Shown here one piece after another: positions 31,876 through 40,502 of a stretch of 64,000 bases of DNA. A model generated the notes under the pieces. It was given only the letters and a program-made list of their open reading frames with translations. It was not told the origin of the DNA and did not search any database. Each line of letters opens with the position of its first letter. The stretch's first letter is position 1. Both the position numbers and the translations under genes were made by a program. The stretch is from Longimicrobiales bacterium (GTDB lineage: Bacteria; Gemmatimonadota; Gemmatimonadetes; Longimicrobiales; Gaopeijiaceae): positions 1,024,001 to 1,088,000 of the forward strand of contig OZ241869.1 of assembly GCA_965202805.1 (NCBI GenBank), in the 5' to 3' direction.

Positions 31876-32307
31876 CTAGCGCACACTCACCCGAACAGCC
31901 GCTCTCCCAGCCCCCGCTCGCACGTGCCCATACCCTCCGTTGCCGCCCCGCATCCGCTCGAATCCTTCCACACCCACATCGATCAGGGGGATGCTCGGGT
32001 AGCCCAGTTCCTCGGCGACCAGAACCCCCAGCACGAGGATGGCGTCGGTGGAGCCGAGGACGATGGCGGCCGGTGCGACGTCGTTGCGCAGCAGCTCGAG
32101 CATGATGGCGCTGGAGGAACTGGAGCCGATCGCGCGCTCCATGACCAGGATGCGGCCGCTCAGGGATTCGCCGTATTGCGGGTGCCGGGGATCGGAGACG
32201 CGTCCGGTTTCGGGATCCACTCCTCCCCAGAAGCTGAGGGGGCGCTCGAGCACGAGCAGCCGGCCGCGGCCTTCCCCAGGGTGTACGGGGATGCCGGTCA
32301 GCTCCAC
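31876..32307 (-). CDS. Aconitase X small (swivel, DUF126) subunit
   Basis: PLSFWGGVDPETGRV.DPRHPQYGESLSGRILV...GSSSSS; start GTG 32307 (alternative 32334). Confidence 0.88.
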   Translation of the reverse strand: MELTGIPVHPGEGRGRLLVLERPLSFWGGVDPETGRVSDPRHPQYGESLSGRILVMERAIGSSSSSAIMLELLRNDVAPAAIVLGSTDAILVLGVLVAEELGYPSIPLIDVGVEGFERMRGGNGGYGHVRAGAGRAAVRVSVR

Positions 32308-32374
32308 AGGCCCTCCGCGCGCGCCTCGGTGCACCGTCGCCCGCCTCGTTCCCCCGCGAACATGGACCGCCCTG

Positions 32375-33679
32375 TCAGCTCCACAGGCCCTCGTCGCGGG
32401 TGACGCGTCCGGTCACGGCCGAACGCACGCAGTCCTCCAGGCTGCCGTAGACGACGTCGTAGCCGGTGGTGGCGGGGGTGTAGTGCGCGAACTTCCCGGA
32501 GTTGGTCATCAGCGCGCTCCCGCGGGCGGGCAGAATGGGCGCGACCACGACGCAGGTGTCGGCCACGATCTCGACCCCGGCCTCCTCGAATCGCGGCAGG
32601 CGTCCGCTCGCCTCCAGCCGCTGGACCTCGACCCTTCCCGTGCAGACGTAGAAGGGAATCCTGAAAGGCTCCTGCGGAAGCAGCCCCTCGAGGAGTGAGA
32701 ACTCGTCCCGCGAAAAGTGCGGGCTGCCCAGCGCCACCGCGTCGATCTGCTCCGTGCCCGTTGTGCTGAGCGCGTCCCGCACCCGCCGGAGTTCGCTTGC
32801 GCCGGGGGCGAGAACGGCGTCTGGTGCCTCCCCGCCGAGCGCCGCCGCGAGATCCGGGGCCTCCGGGGTGACGCCTTCGACGTGGAAGAGCCCGACCGCG
32901 CCGGACGACGCCGACGCCGCCCCCATCGCCTTCAACTGGTCCTCGGTCACGGTCTCGGGGAGTCCGGTGACGACCGCGACCCGCTCGCCGACCGTGGCCC
33001 CGAGCCAGGTGCCCAGCACCGGGTAGAACACGTCACGCTCCTTGAGCACCGGGTTGATCGCACCGGTGTCCACCACCACCGTGGCCCGCCGGTTCTCCTC
33101 GAGGTGGAGGCCGGTGCGGGGTGCGCGGCCCGCCAGCGCACAGCAGATGTCCATGAAGTCGCCGTAGCGGTTGGTGCGGCCGCCGAGCACCGAGTTGGCG
33201 AAGACCACGGCGTTGCTCTCTCCCCAGGCGACGTCCTGACCGCGCCGCGGCCGGTGCCCCGCCTGGTAGGGCGCGCAGGTCCAGGTCGGGCGGCAGCCCA
33301 GGTTCTCGTAGGCCCTCATCTGGCGGAGCGCCATCTCCCGGCGATGGCCGGCGGAACGCACCCGGCGCGGGTGGAGCAGGTCGAGGGCCCCGACGTTCAG
33401 CGTGGTGGGCACGGCCACCTTCCCGCCAAGGGAGACGAGCCGCTCGGCGAACTCGACGCCGCCGTCGCCGTGATGGAGGCAGCCGTCGATGTGGGCGGAG
33501 GCCACGGGCACCAGCTCCCGGGCCCCGAGGATGCGCGCCATGCGCACCACGATGCGCATCGCCAGCTGCGGCGCGGGACCGCGTGCGCCGCTCAGGACCG
33601 CGCGTTCTTCGTCAGAGAGGGTCGGGGAGGCCGGCGCCGTGATCACGGCCTGGTCGCGTGCGCGCATCTCAGGACTCAT
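32375..33679 (-). CDS. Aconitase X large (catalytic, DUF521) subunit
   Basis: SAHIDGC, TCAPY, WGESNAVVFANSVLGGRTNR, LGSPH, ADTC, TNSGKFAHY. Confidence 0.9.
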   Translation of the reverse strand: MSPEMRARDQAVITAPASPTLSDEERAVLSGARGPAPQLAMRIVVRMARILGARELVPVASAHIDGCLHHGDGGVEFAERLVSLGGKVAVPTTLNVGALDLLHPRRVRSAGHRREMALRQMRAYENLGCRPTWTCAPYQAGHRPRRGQDVAWGESNAVVFANSVLGGRTNRYGDFMDICCALAGRAPRTGLHLEENRRATVVVDTGAINPVLKERDVFYPVLGTWLGATVGERVAVVTGLPETVTEDQLKAMGAASASSGAVGLFHVEGVTPEAPDLAAALGGEAPDAVLAPGASELRRVRDALSTTGTEQIDAVALGSPHFSRDEFSLLEGLLPQEPFRIPFYVCTGRVEVQRLEASGRLPRFEEAGVEIVADTCVVVAPILPARGSALMTNSGKFAHYTPATTGYDVVYGSLEDCVRSAVTGRVTRDEGLWS

Positions 33680-33698
33680 TGCTCTCCGGTGAACGGCC

Positions 33699-34961
33699 TC
33701 ATTGCTTTCCGGTGAACGGCGCCCGGTCGTACACCTCCCCACCCCGCACCACGGTCCGGCAGGGGTTGGCGCCGATCCAGTAGCTCAACTCCGCCGGATG
33801 GTCCACGTCCCAGAGCGCCAGGTCCGCGCGCATGCCCGGCGAAACTACGCCCACCTCCCCCTGCAGGCCCAGCACCGGCGCGGCGTGACGCGTCATCCCG
33901 GCCAGCGCTTCCTCGGGCGTCAGGCCGAAGAGGACGCAGGCCATGTTCATCGCGAGCAGCGGGGATGTGACGGGCGACGAGCCGGGGTTCAGGTCGGTCG
34001 CGACCGCGATGGGCACGCCGTGACGCCGCAGCGCGTCCACGGGCGGCCGGCGGGACTCGCCCAGAGTGTAATACGCCCCGGGCAGAAGGACCGCAGTGGT
34101 CCCCGCGGCGGCCAGTGCACGGCAGCCGGCGTCCGTCGCGTACTCCAGGTGGTCGGCGGAGCGGGCGCGATACCGGGCGGCGAGTTCGGCCCCGCCAAGG
34201 GATGAGAGCTGGTCGGCGTGCAGGCGCACCGGCAGCCCATGGGCGGTGGCTGCTTCGAAGACGCGCGCGCACTCCGCCGGAGTGAAGGCGATGCCCTCGC
34301 AGAACCCGTCCACGGCGTGCGCGAGGCCTTCGGCGGCCGCGCGCGGGATGACCGTCCCGCATACCAGGTCGAGATAGGCGTCACGGCGGTCCTCGTACTC
34401 GGGCGGCAGCGCGTGCGCGGCGAGGAGAGTGCGCGATACGCCTGCGGCGAGGCGTTCTCCCAGGGTGCGGGCTACCCGCAGCATCCTCAGCTCGGTGTCG
34501 ACATCAAGGCCGTAACCGGACTTTATCTCAACCGTGGTAACGCCATGCGCGACAAGAGCTTCAAGTCTCCATGACGATGTATTGTAGAGCTGCGTTTCGG
34601 TCGCTGCCCGGGTCGCCGCCACGGTCGAACGGATGCCGCCACCAGCCCGTGCGATCTCCTCGTAGCTGCTGCCCCGCAGGCGCATTTCGAATTCACCCGC
34701 GCGCGTACCCGCAAATACGAGATGGGTGTGACAGTCGATGAGCCCGGGGGTAAGCCACCCACCTGCTCCGTCCAGGGTGCGGGAAGCGCCCGCAGTCGCC
34801 TCGCGGGGAGCCGCGCGCGCAGCCCCAACCCACGTGATTCTCCCACCGGCGACCGCCACCAGTCCATCGCGCACCACGCCGTATGCCTCGCCCGTGTCCG
34901 CCATGGTGGCGACATGGACGTTGCGGATCAGCAGGTCCGGCGCGCCGGGCTTCCCGTTCAG
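33699..34961 (-). CDS. hutI: Imidazolonepropionase
   Basis: [47 protein letters not shown]; start uncertain (CTG 34961 after GGGAGG, or ATG 34904). Confidence 0.93.
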   Translation of the reverse strand: MNGKPGAPDLLIRNVHVATMADTGEAYGVVRDGLVAVAGGRITWVGAARAAPREATAGASRTLDGAGGWLTPGLIDCHTHLVFAGTRAGEFEMRLRGSSYEEIARAGGGIRSTVAATRAATETQLYNTSSWRLEALVAHGVTTVEIKSGYGLDVDTELRMLRVARTLGERLAAGVSRTLLAAHALPPEYEDRRDAYLDLVCGTVIPRAAAEGLAHAVDGFCEGIAFTPAECARVFEAATAHGLPVRLHADQLSSLGGAELAARYRARSADHLEYATDAGCRALAAAGTTAVLLPGAYYTLGESRRPPVDALRRHGVPIAVATDLNPGSSPVTSPLLAMNMACVLFGLTPEEALAGMTRHAAPVLGLQGEVGVVSPGMRADLALWDVDHPAELSYWIGANPCRTVVRGGEVYDRAPFTGKQ

Positions 34962-34972
34962 ATCATCCTCCC

Positions 34973-35022
34973 GTCTGCCATTTTGGCAGACTTTTTCGCG
35001 TAGCCTGCCATTTTGGCAGACT
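34973..35022. repeat. Two copies of an 18-nt palindromic unit in the hutI/hutF divergent region
   Basis: ctgccattttggcagact at 34975 and 35005 (30-nt period); each contains ctgcca-ttt-tggcag. Confidence 0.85.
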
Positions 35023-35234
35023 CCATGACCGTTGTCTGCGCGCCGCGCCAGCGCAAATGCCAACCCGGCGCCACGACACTTGTTCAAGATAGCGCGTGCC
35101 CCGGGTTCGTCCCGCAGGCGCGTCGCGGCCGCCCTGTCCGGCGCTTCCCTCACCGAACCCGACGTCTCGACGTGTCGGGCGCGCATGAACCTTGTTCGTT
35201 GACCGCACCCCCGTTCCCGAGTACCGTCCCGCCC

Positions 35235-36614
35235 ATGCACGCCCTCTACTTCGATCTGGCGCTGCTGCCCGGCGGCTGGGCGCGCGATGTGCGCGTCGAG
35301 CTGTCCCCCAACGGTGATTTCGGGGAGATACTGCCCGGCGGAACCCCGGAAGGAACACAACGCGTCGCCGGCGCGGTCGTTCCCGGCATCCCCAACGTGC
35401 ACTCCCACGCATTCCAGCGGGCGATGGCGGGTCTCACAGAGCGCGGCAGCACGGCCGAATACGGGTTCTGGAGCTGGCGCGAGCAGATGTACGCCTTTCT
35501 GGCGCATCTTTCGCCGGACGATGTGCAGGTCATCGCGTCGCAGCTCTATGCCGAGATGCTGCGCCACGGGTACACCGCGGTGGCCGAGTTCCACTACCTG
35601 CGCAACGACCCGGGGGGGCGGCCCTACGCCATGCCCCACGAGATGGCCCTGCGCCTTCACGAGGCCGCAGCCGCCGCCGGGATCGGGCTGACGCTGTTGC
35701 CCGCGCTCTACCGGGTCGCGGACTTCGGGGCGGACGCGCCGCTTGCGGAGCAGCGCCGGTTTGTCGCCACGGTCGACGAGATCATCGCCGACAGCGCCGC
35801 GCTCCGGCGGGAGGTCGCGGGGGACGGCAATCGCCGCATCGGCCTGGCGCTGCACTCGTTGCGGGCGGTGCCCCCCGGTGACCTGACCGACGCCGTCACG
35901 GCACTGGAGGCAGCCGACGCCGACGCCCCCATACACATCCACGTCGCCGAACAGGTGACCGAGGTGCGGGCGTGCCTGTCCTGGAGCGGGGCGGCCCCGG
36001 TCGAGTGGCTGCTCGACCACGCGCCGGTCGACGGCCGCTGGTGCGCGGTGCACGCCACCCACATGACCGGGGAGGAGACGCGCGCTCTGGCCGCCTCGGG
36101 CGCGATAGCGGGGCTCTGCCCGACCACCGAGGCCAACCTGGGCGACGGGGTCTTTCCGCTCGCGAGCTATCTGGTCGCCGGCGGCCGGTGGGGGGTGGGG
36201 AGCGACTCCCACGTCAGCGTCAGCCCGGTTGCGGACCTGCGGATGCTCGAGTACTCGCAGCGGCTCACCATGCACGAGCGCAACGTCGCCGGAGGTCGCA
36301 AGGCTCACTCAACGGGGCGGGCCCTGCTGGAGGGCGCCTGGGCGGGGGGCGCTCAGGCGAGCGGACGGCGGCTGGGCGCGATCCGACCGGGATTCCGCGC
36401 CGACCTGGTCGTCCTCGACACCGACCATCCAGCCCTGGTGGGGAAGGATGAGGACCGGCTGCTCGACGCCTGGATCTTCAGCGGCGAGGACACCCCCGTG
36501 CGCGACGTGATGGTGGGCGGCGCCTGGGTGGTGGAGGACGGGCGCCACCGCGGGCAGGAGGAGATCGCGACCGCGTACCGGGCGGTAGCGCGGAAGCTCG
36601 CCGCCAGCCTCTAA
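35235..36614 (+). CDS. hutF: Formimidoylglutamate deiminase
   Basis: [57 protein letters not shown]. Confidence 0.95.
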   Translation: MHALYFDLALLPGGWARDVRVELSPNGDFGEILPGGTPEGTQRVAGAVVPGIPNVHSHAFQRAMAGLTERGSTAEYGFWSWREQMYAFLAHLSPDDVQVIASQLYAEMLRHGYTAVAEFHYLRNDPGGRPYAMPHEMALRLHEAAAAAGIGLTLLPALYRVADFGADAPLAEQRRFVATVDEIIADSAALRREVAGDGNRRIGLALHSLRAVPPGDLTDAVTALEAADADAPIHIHVAEQVTEVRACLSWSGAAPVEWLLDHAPVDGRWCAVHATHMTGEETRALAASGAIAGLCPTTEANLGDGVFPLASYLVAGGRWGVGSDSHVSVSPVADLRMLEYSQRLTMHERNVAGGRKAHSTGRALLEGAWAGGAQASGRRLGAIRPGFRADLVVLDTDHPALVGKDEDRLLDAWIFSGEDTPVRDVMVGGAWVVEDGRHRGQEEIATAYRAVARKLAASL

Positions 36615-36699
36615 GTTAGCTAGATTAGCTAGATCGCCTGGAAGCAGCGTTCCAGCGAGATCTGTCTCGGGAGGGTCGTGTCGGGCGCGCCTCGCTACG

Positions 36700-37353
36700 C
36701 TACCCCTGCATCGGCACGCTCTGCGTGCGCACGATCAGCTCGATGTCCCAGATGGCCTCGGCCACCGCTCGCCCGATCAGCTCCATGCGGCGCACGTCGC
36801 TGATCCGCGACTGGACGTTCTTCAGTTCGCGTTTAGACAGCAGCCACTTGAAGATCCCGCAGGCATCCGCGAGCGCGATGATCACGATGTCGCGCGGATC
36901 GGGGATCATGTCGCTGAAGAGCACCTCCATGATGCGCAGCTTCACCTCGCGTTCCGCCTTGCCGTCCACGACCGGATAGCGCCGCGAACGGAAGACCCAC
37001 AGGAAGCGCTCGTCGTGGCGCGCCAGGATGCCCTTCGAAACCAGCCGCTCGAGCGCGGTCTCGCGGATGTCGGCGGCGCGGCCCGCGGCGTGTTCCACCC
37101 AGTAGCGCGCGTCGTGGGCGTCCTCGGCGCGTGCGATCTCCTCCAGCATCGGATCCAGCAGGCTGTCGCCGAGCGGCGTCGCGTCGACCAGGTAGAGCCT
37201 CTCCAGATCGGTGTCGACGCGGTTCTCGAGCGCCAGGTCCATCAGCACGCCTCCCCCGAGGGCGTAGTTGAGCGACCAGCTGGGGACGTGCGCGAACGTG
37301 CCGTTCTCGTCATCGAGCAACAGCAGCAGGATCTCCTCGGCGAATCTCAACAC
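36700..37353 (-). CDS. GPP34/GOLPH3 (Vps74) family protein
   Basis: LRFAEEILLLLLDDENG, GGVLMDLALENRV, LGDSLLD, LVSKGIL...FLWVFRSRRYP; start GTG 37353. Confidence 0.8.
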   Translation of the reverse strand: MLRFAEEILLLLLDDENGTFAHVPSWSLNYALGGGVLMDLALENRVDTDLERLYLVDATPLGDSLLDPMLEEIARAEDAHDARYWVEHAAGRAADIRETALERLVSKGILARHDERFLWVFRSRRYPVVDGKAEREVKLRIMEVLFSDMIPDPRDIVIIALADACGIFKWLLSKRELKNVQSRISDVRRMELIGRAVAEAIWDIELIVRTQSVPMQG

Positions 37354-37402
37354 GGCGGCTTCTCCCCTGGGGTCTTTGGCGCCGAAAAAGCAACTGCGGT
37401 CA

Positions 37403-38347
37403 TTATGCCTTGTTTCCCGATGAACGGGAACCCGTTCCCTCTCCGGGTCGCAAGCCCCGGCCCCGGGACTCCGGTCGCAGCGACTCCATGAATCCGTCCG
37501 ACAACCGCCCCGCCGCCACCGCCTGCACCGGCCCCAGCAGCGTGACCTCCAGCTCCCGGGAGACATTCACCTGCAGCGTGCCGCCCTCCATGCGCACCTC
37601 GATGTCGCCGTAGTCCACCAACCCGCGCCCGGCCGCCGCCACCGCCGCCGCACACGAACTGGTCCCGGAGGCCCGGGTGTACCCGACACCCCGCTCCCAG
37701 ATGGCGATTTCGACGCAGCCGCGCGCGACGGGCCGGGCCAACTGCACGTTCACGCCCGCCGGGAACGCTTCGTGGGCCGTCAGGAAGGGACCCAGGCGGG
37801 AGAGCGCGGCAGCGGACAGGTCGCCGGTGAACACCACGCAATGGGGGTTGCCGACGCTCACCGGGCTGCAGTCGAGCGTCCCCTCCGCCGGGTGGGCGAG
37901 CGGCCGCCCCCGCCACTCGGACGCAAGCCCCGCATCGGCGGGGTCCAGCGACGCGCGTCCCATCTCGACCGATACGTCGTGGACGCCACCTCCCAGGCTC
38001 CTCTCCACGCGCATGCGCACGCGGTCCCCCCCGACCTCCACCGCGAAGGCCTCGCCCCCGACCCAGCCCCGCGACGCCGCGTACGCCGCGAAGACGCGCA
38101 GCCCGTTGCCGCTCCGCTCGAACTCCGAGCCGTCCGGATTGAACATCCGCAGGCGCCAGGGACGCTCCTCCGGCGGCGAGTGCAGGACGATGCCGTCGGC
38201 ACCCACGCCCCGCCACCGGTCACAGACGGCGCGCACCGCCCCCGGCGATGCGGCCCATCCGTCCCCGAACGGAAAGACGAGATAGTCGTTGCCCAGGCCG
38301 TGGCCCTTGAAGAAGCCGGCCCCCGCGCGCGGGCGGCCAGCGGTCAT
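37403..38347 (-). CDS. dapF: Diaminopimelate epimerase family protein with Ser at both catalytic positions
   Basis: KGHGLGNDY, GVGADG, FNPDGS, SGNGLR, VGNPH, WERGVG, ASGTSS; ATG 38347 overlaps the pdxH stop. Confidence 0.85.
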   Translation of the reverse strand: MTAGRPRAGAGFFKGHGLGNDYLVFPFGDGWAASPGAVRAVCDRWRGVGADGIVLHSPPEERPWRLRMFNPDGSEFERSGNGLRVFAAYAASRGWVGGEAFAVEVGGDRVRMRVERSLGGGVHDVSVEMGRASLDPADAGLASEWRGRPLAHPAEGTLDCSPVSVGNPHCVVFTGDLSAAALSRLGPFLTAHEAFPAGVNVQLARPVARGCVEIAIWERGVGYTRASGTSSCAAAVAAAGRGLVDYGDIEVRMEGGTLQVNVSRELEVTLLGPVQAVAAGRLSDGFMESLRPESRGRGLRPGEGTGSRSSGNKA

Positions 38348-38997
38348 GGATGGAGCCGCCGGGTGCTCCACCCGTCCTCCTCGCGCTGGAATACCAGCCG
38401 GTCATGGAGCCGATCCGCGCGCCCCTGCCAGAACTCGATGCGCTGCGGATCGAGCCGGTAGCCGCCCCAGAAATCGGGCAGAGGCACGTCCCCGCCCTCG
38501 AACCTCCGCTCCAGCTCGCGCACCCGCCGCTCCAGCGCCGCACGCTCCTCCAGCGGCTCGCTCTGCCGCGACGCCCACGCGCCGATCTGGCTCCCGCGCG
38601 GCCGGGTGCGGAAATAGGCGGCCGCCACCTCGGGACTCAGCTGCTCCACCCCGCCCTCGATGCGCACCTGGCGCTGGAGCACGCCCCAGTGAAAGCAGAG
38701 GGCGGCCCGGGGGTTCGCCGTCAACTCGTCCGCCTTGCGGCTGCCCAGGTTGGTGTAGAACTCGAACCCGTCCTCGCCGAACCCCTTGAGCAGCACCATG
38801 CGCGCGCTGGGAGCGCCATCGGCGGACGCGGTTGCCAGCGTCATCGCCTCGGGCAGCACAATGCCGGCCTTGCGCGCGGCGTCGAACCACTGCCCGAAGA
38901 GCTCGACGGGATCCAGTCCCGGATCCACATCCGGGAGCCCGCGGGTCAGGCCGCGTCCAAGCGAGAAGACCAGGCGCAGGTTCGATTTGAGCGACAT
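38344..38997 (-). CDS. pdxH: Pyridoxamine 5'-phosphate oxidase
   Basis: AMTLAT, ARMVLLK, FYTN..SRK, RQVRIEG, EFWQGR.DRLHDR. Confidence 0.95.
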   Translation of the reverse strand: MSLKSNLRLVFSLGRGLTRGLPDVDPGLDPVELFGQWFDAARKAGIVLPEAMTLATASADGAPSARMVLLKGFGEDGFEFYTNLGSRKADELTANPRAALCFHWGVLQRQVRIEGGVEQLSPEVAAAYFRTRPRGSQIGAWASRQSEPLEERAALERRVRELERRFEGGDVPLPDFWGGYRLDPQRIEFWQGRADRLHDRLVFQREEDGWSTRRLHP

Positions 38998-39006
38998 GAC
39001 AGTATG

Positions 39007-40263
39007 CTATCGTCGAAAACGCGCCGGGCAAAACGGCTCCAGGCGCGGGTCCCCGGCACCCGCAACCTGGTTGGCGACCATTTCGCCCGTAACCGCCGAC
39101 AGCGTGAGCCCGAGGTTGCCGTGCCCCACCGCCGCCGAAAGGCCGGCCACGTCGCCGAGAGGGCCGACGAAGGGCAGCCCGTCCGGCGACATCGGCCGCA
39201 GACCGCACCACTCCGACACCGGCGGAGCGTCGCCGAGGGCGGGCAGCCAGGCACGGGGCTTCAGCGCAAGCTGCTCGAGCCGGACGGGGTTCAGCTCCAG
39301 GTCGTAGCCGGCGAACTCCATCGTCCCCACGAAACGCACCCGCCCCTCCAGCGGCGTACAGATGATGCCCGTCTCGCGGTTGGTGCAGGCGACGCGCATG
39401 GCGGGCGCGCCCCCGGGGCCCACCCCGACCTCGCGGTGGTACCCTTTACCGGGCTGAACGGGGAGACGGCACCCGGCCTGCCGGGCGAGCGCCAGGCTGA
39501 AGGGACCGGTGGCCAGCACGACCGCGTCGGCCGTGACCCGCTCGCCATCGGCGGTCTCCACCCCCCGCACCGCCCCACCCGCGAAGGTGATGCGCCGCAC
39601 CGCCACGCCCTCGCGGATGGAGACGCCCCTTCGCCGGGCGGCATCCGCCAGACCGAGGAGGAAGAGCCAGGGGTCCAGGATCCGGGTCTCCGGGAACAGG
39701 ACGCCACCCGCCACCCGGGGACCGAGCGCCGGCTCCAGCTCACGCGCCTGACGGCCGTCCACGACCTCGGGGTGGTAGCCGTGCTCCCGCATCAGCGCGG
39801 CGTCCTCACGCGCCTTCGCCATCGCCTTCCCGCCGACGCAGACCTCCAGGTAGTGCCCGCGCCGGTAGTCGCAGGCGATGCCTTCCTCTTCCACGATGGC
39901 GTCGAAGCACGCGAGCGTATCCAGTCCCAGCGGCGCCAGCGTCTCCAGGCAGTGCCGTTCGTGCCGGCGGGTGCAGTGCCGTGCGAACGCGGCCAGCCAT
40001 CGCCAGACGTCCATGTCCCGCCGCGCACGCACGTACAAGGGACTCCGCGCATCGAAGATGTGCGGCAGCGCCTGCCGGACCTTGCCCGGCCGGTTCAGCG
40101 GAGGATGCCCGGCGGCCACGATCCCGGCGTTGCCCCGCGAGGCGCCGGCCCCGATCCCGTTGCGCTCGAGAACGACCACATCCGCCCCGCGTCGCGCCAG
40201 ATACCAGGCCGAGCAGAGGCCGACGAGGCCTCCGCCTGCGACGACGACGCGGGAAGTGGACAT
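39007..40263 (-). CDS. FAD-dependent D-amino acid dehydrogenase-like oxidoreductase (DadA family)
   Basis: GGGLVG, ASRGNAG, QPGKGY, GTMEF, WCGLRPMSPDGLP, GHGNLGLTL. Confidence 0.88.
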   Translation of the reverse strand: MSTSRVVVAGGGLVGLCSAWYLARRGADVVVLERNGIGAGASRGNAGIVAAGHPPLNRPGKVRQALPHIFDARSPLYVRARRDMDVWRWLAAFARHCTRRHERHCLETLAPLGLDTLACFDAIVEEEGIACDYRRGHYLEVCVGGKAMAKAREDAALMREHGYHPEVVDGRQARELEPALGPRVAGGVLFPETRILDPWLFLLGLADAARRRGVSIREGVAVRRITFAGGAVRGVETADGERVTADAVVLATGPFSLALARQAGCRLPVQPGKGYHREVGVGPGGAPAMRVACTNRETGIICTPLEGRVRFVGTMEFAGYDLELNPVRLEQLALKPRAWLPALGDAPPVSEWCGLRPMSPDGLPFVGPLGDVAGLSAAVGHGNLGLTLSAVTGEMVANQVAGAGDPRLEPFCPARFRR

Positions 40264-40400
40264 GGCGGCTGCGGGAGGCTGTGGGTGATCGGGGTGCGTC
40301 CGCCCGCCCTACCTTGGGCGCCCGCAGGCTGTTCCCTCCTCGGCACAACGGGGCGCGCGCCGCACTTCGGCGGCGTCGCCGATCTCCCTGTCACGGTGGC

Positions 40401-40502
40401 GAGCAGGTGGCGGAAGACGGGCGTGACGCGGTATATAGTACGCTCTGGATGCCAATCAACCTGAACACGGCCACGCGCGATGAAATCCTGCCTTTTCCCG
40501 GC
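40401..40502 (+). pseudogene. Fragment resembling a ComEA-type helix-hairpin-helix protein
   Basis: Frame reads EQVAEDGRDAVYSTLWMPINLNTATRDEILPFPG; overlaps the next gene's start in another frame. Confidence 0.45.

Noticed and set aside
38338..38415. Repeat cggtcatgga near the pdxH/dapF junction
   Set aside because: The second copy encodes the conserved RLHDR motif inside pdxH, so it is probably coincidental rather than a junction duplication.
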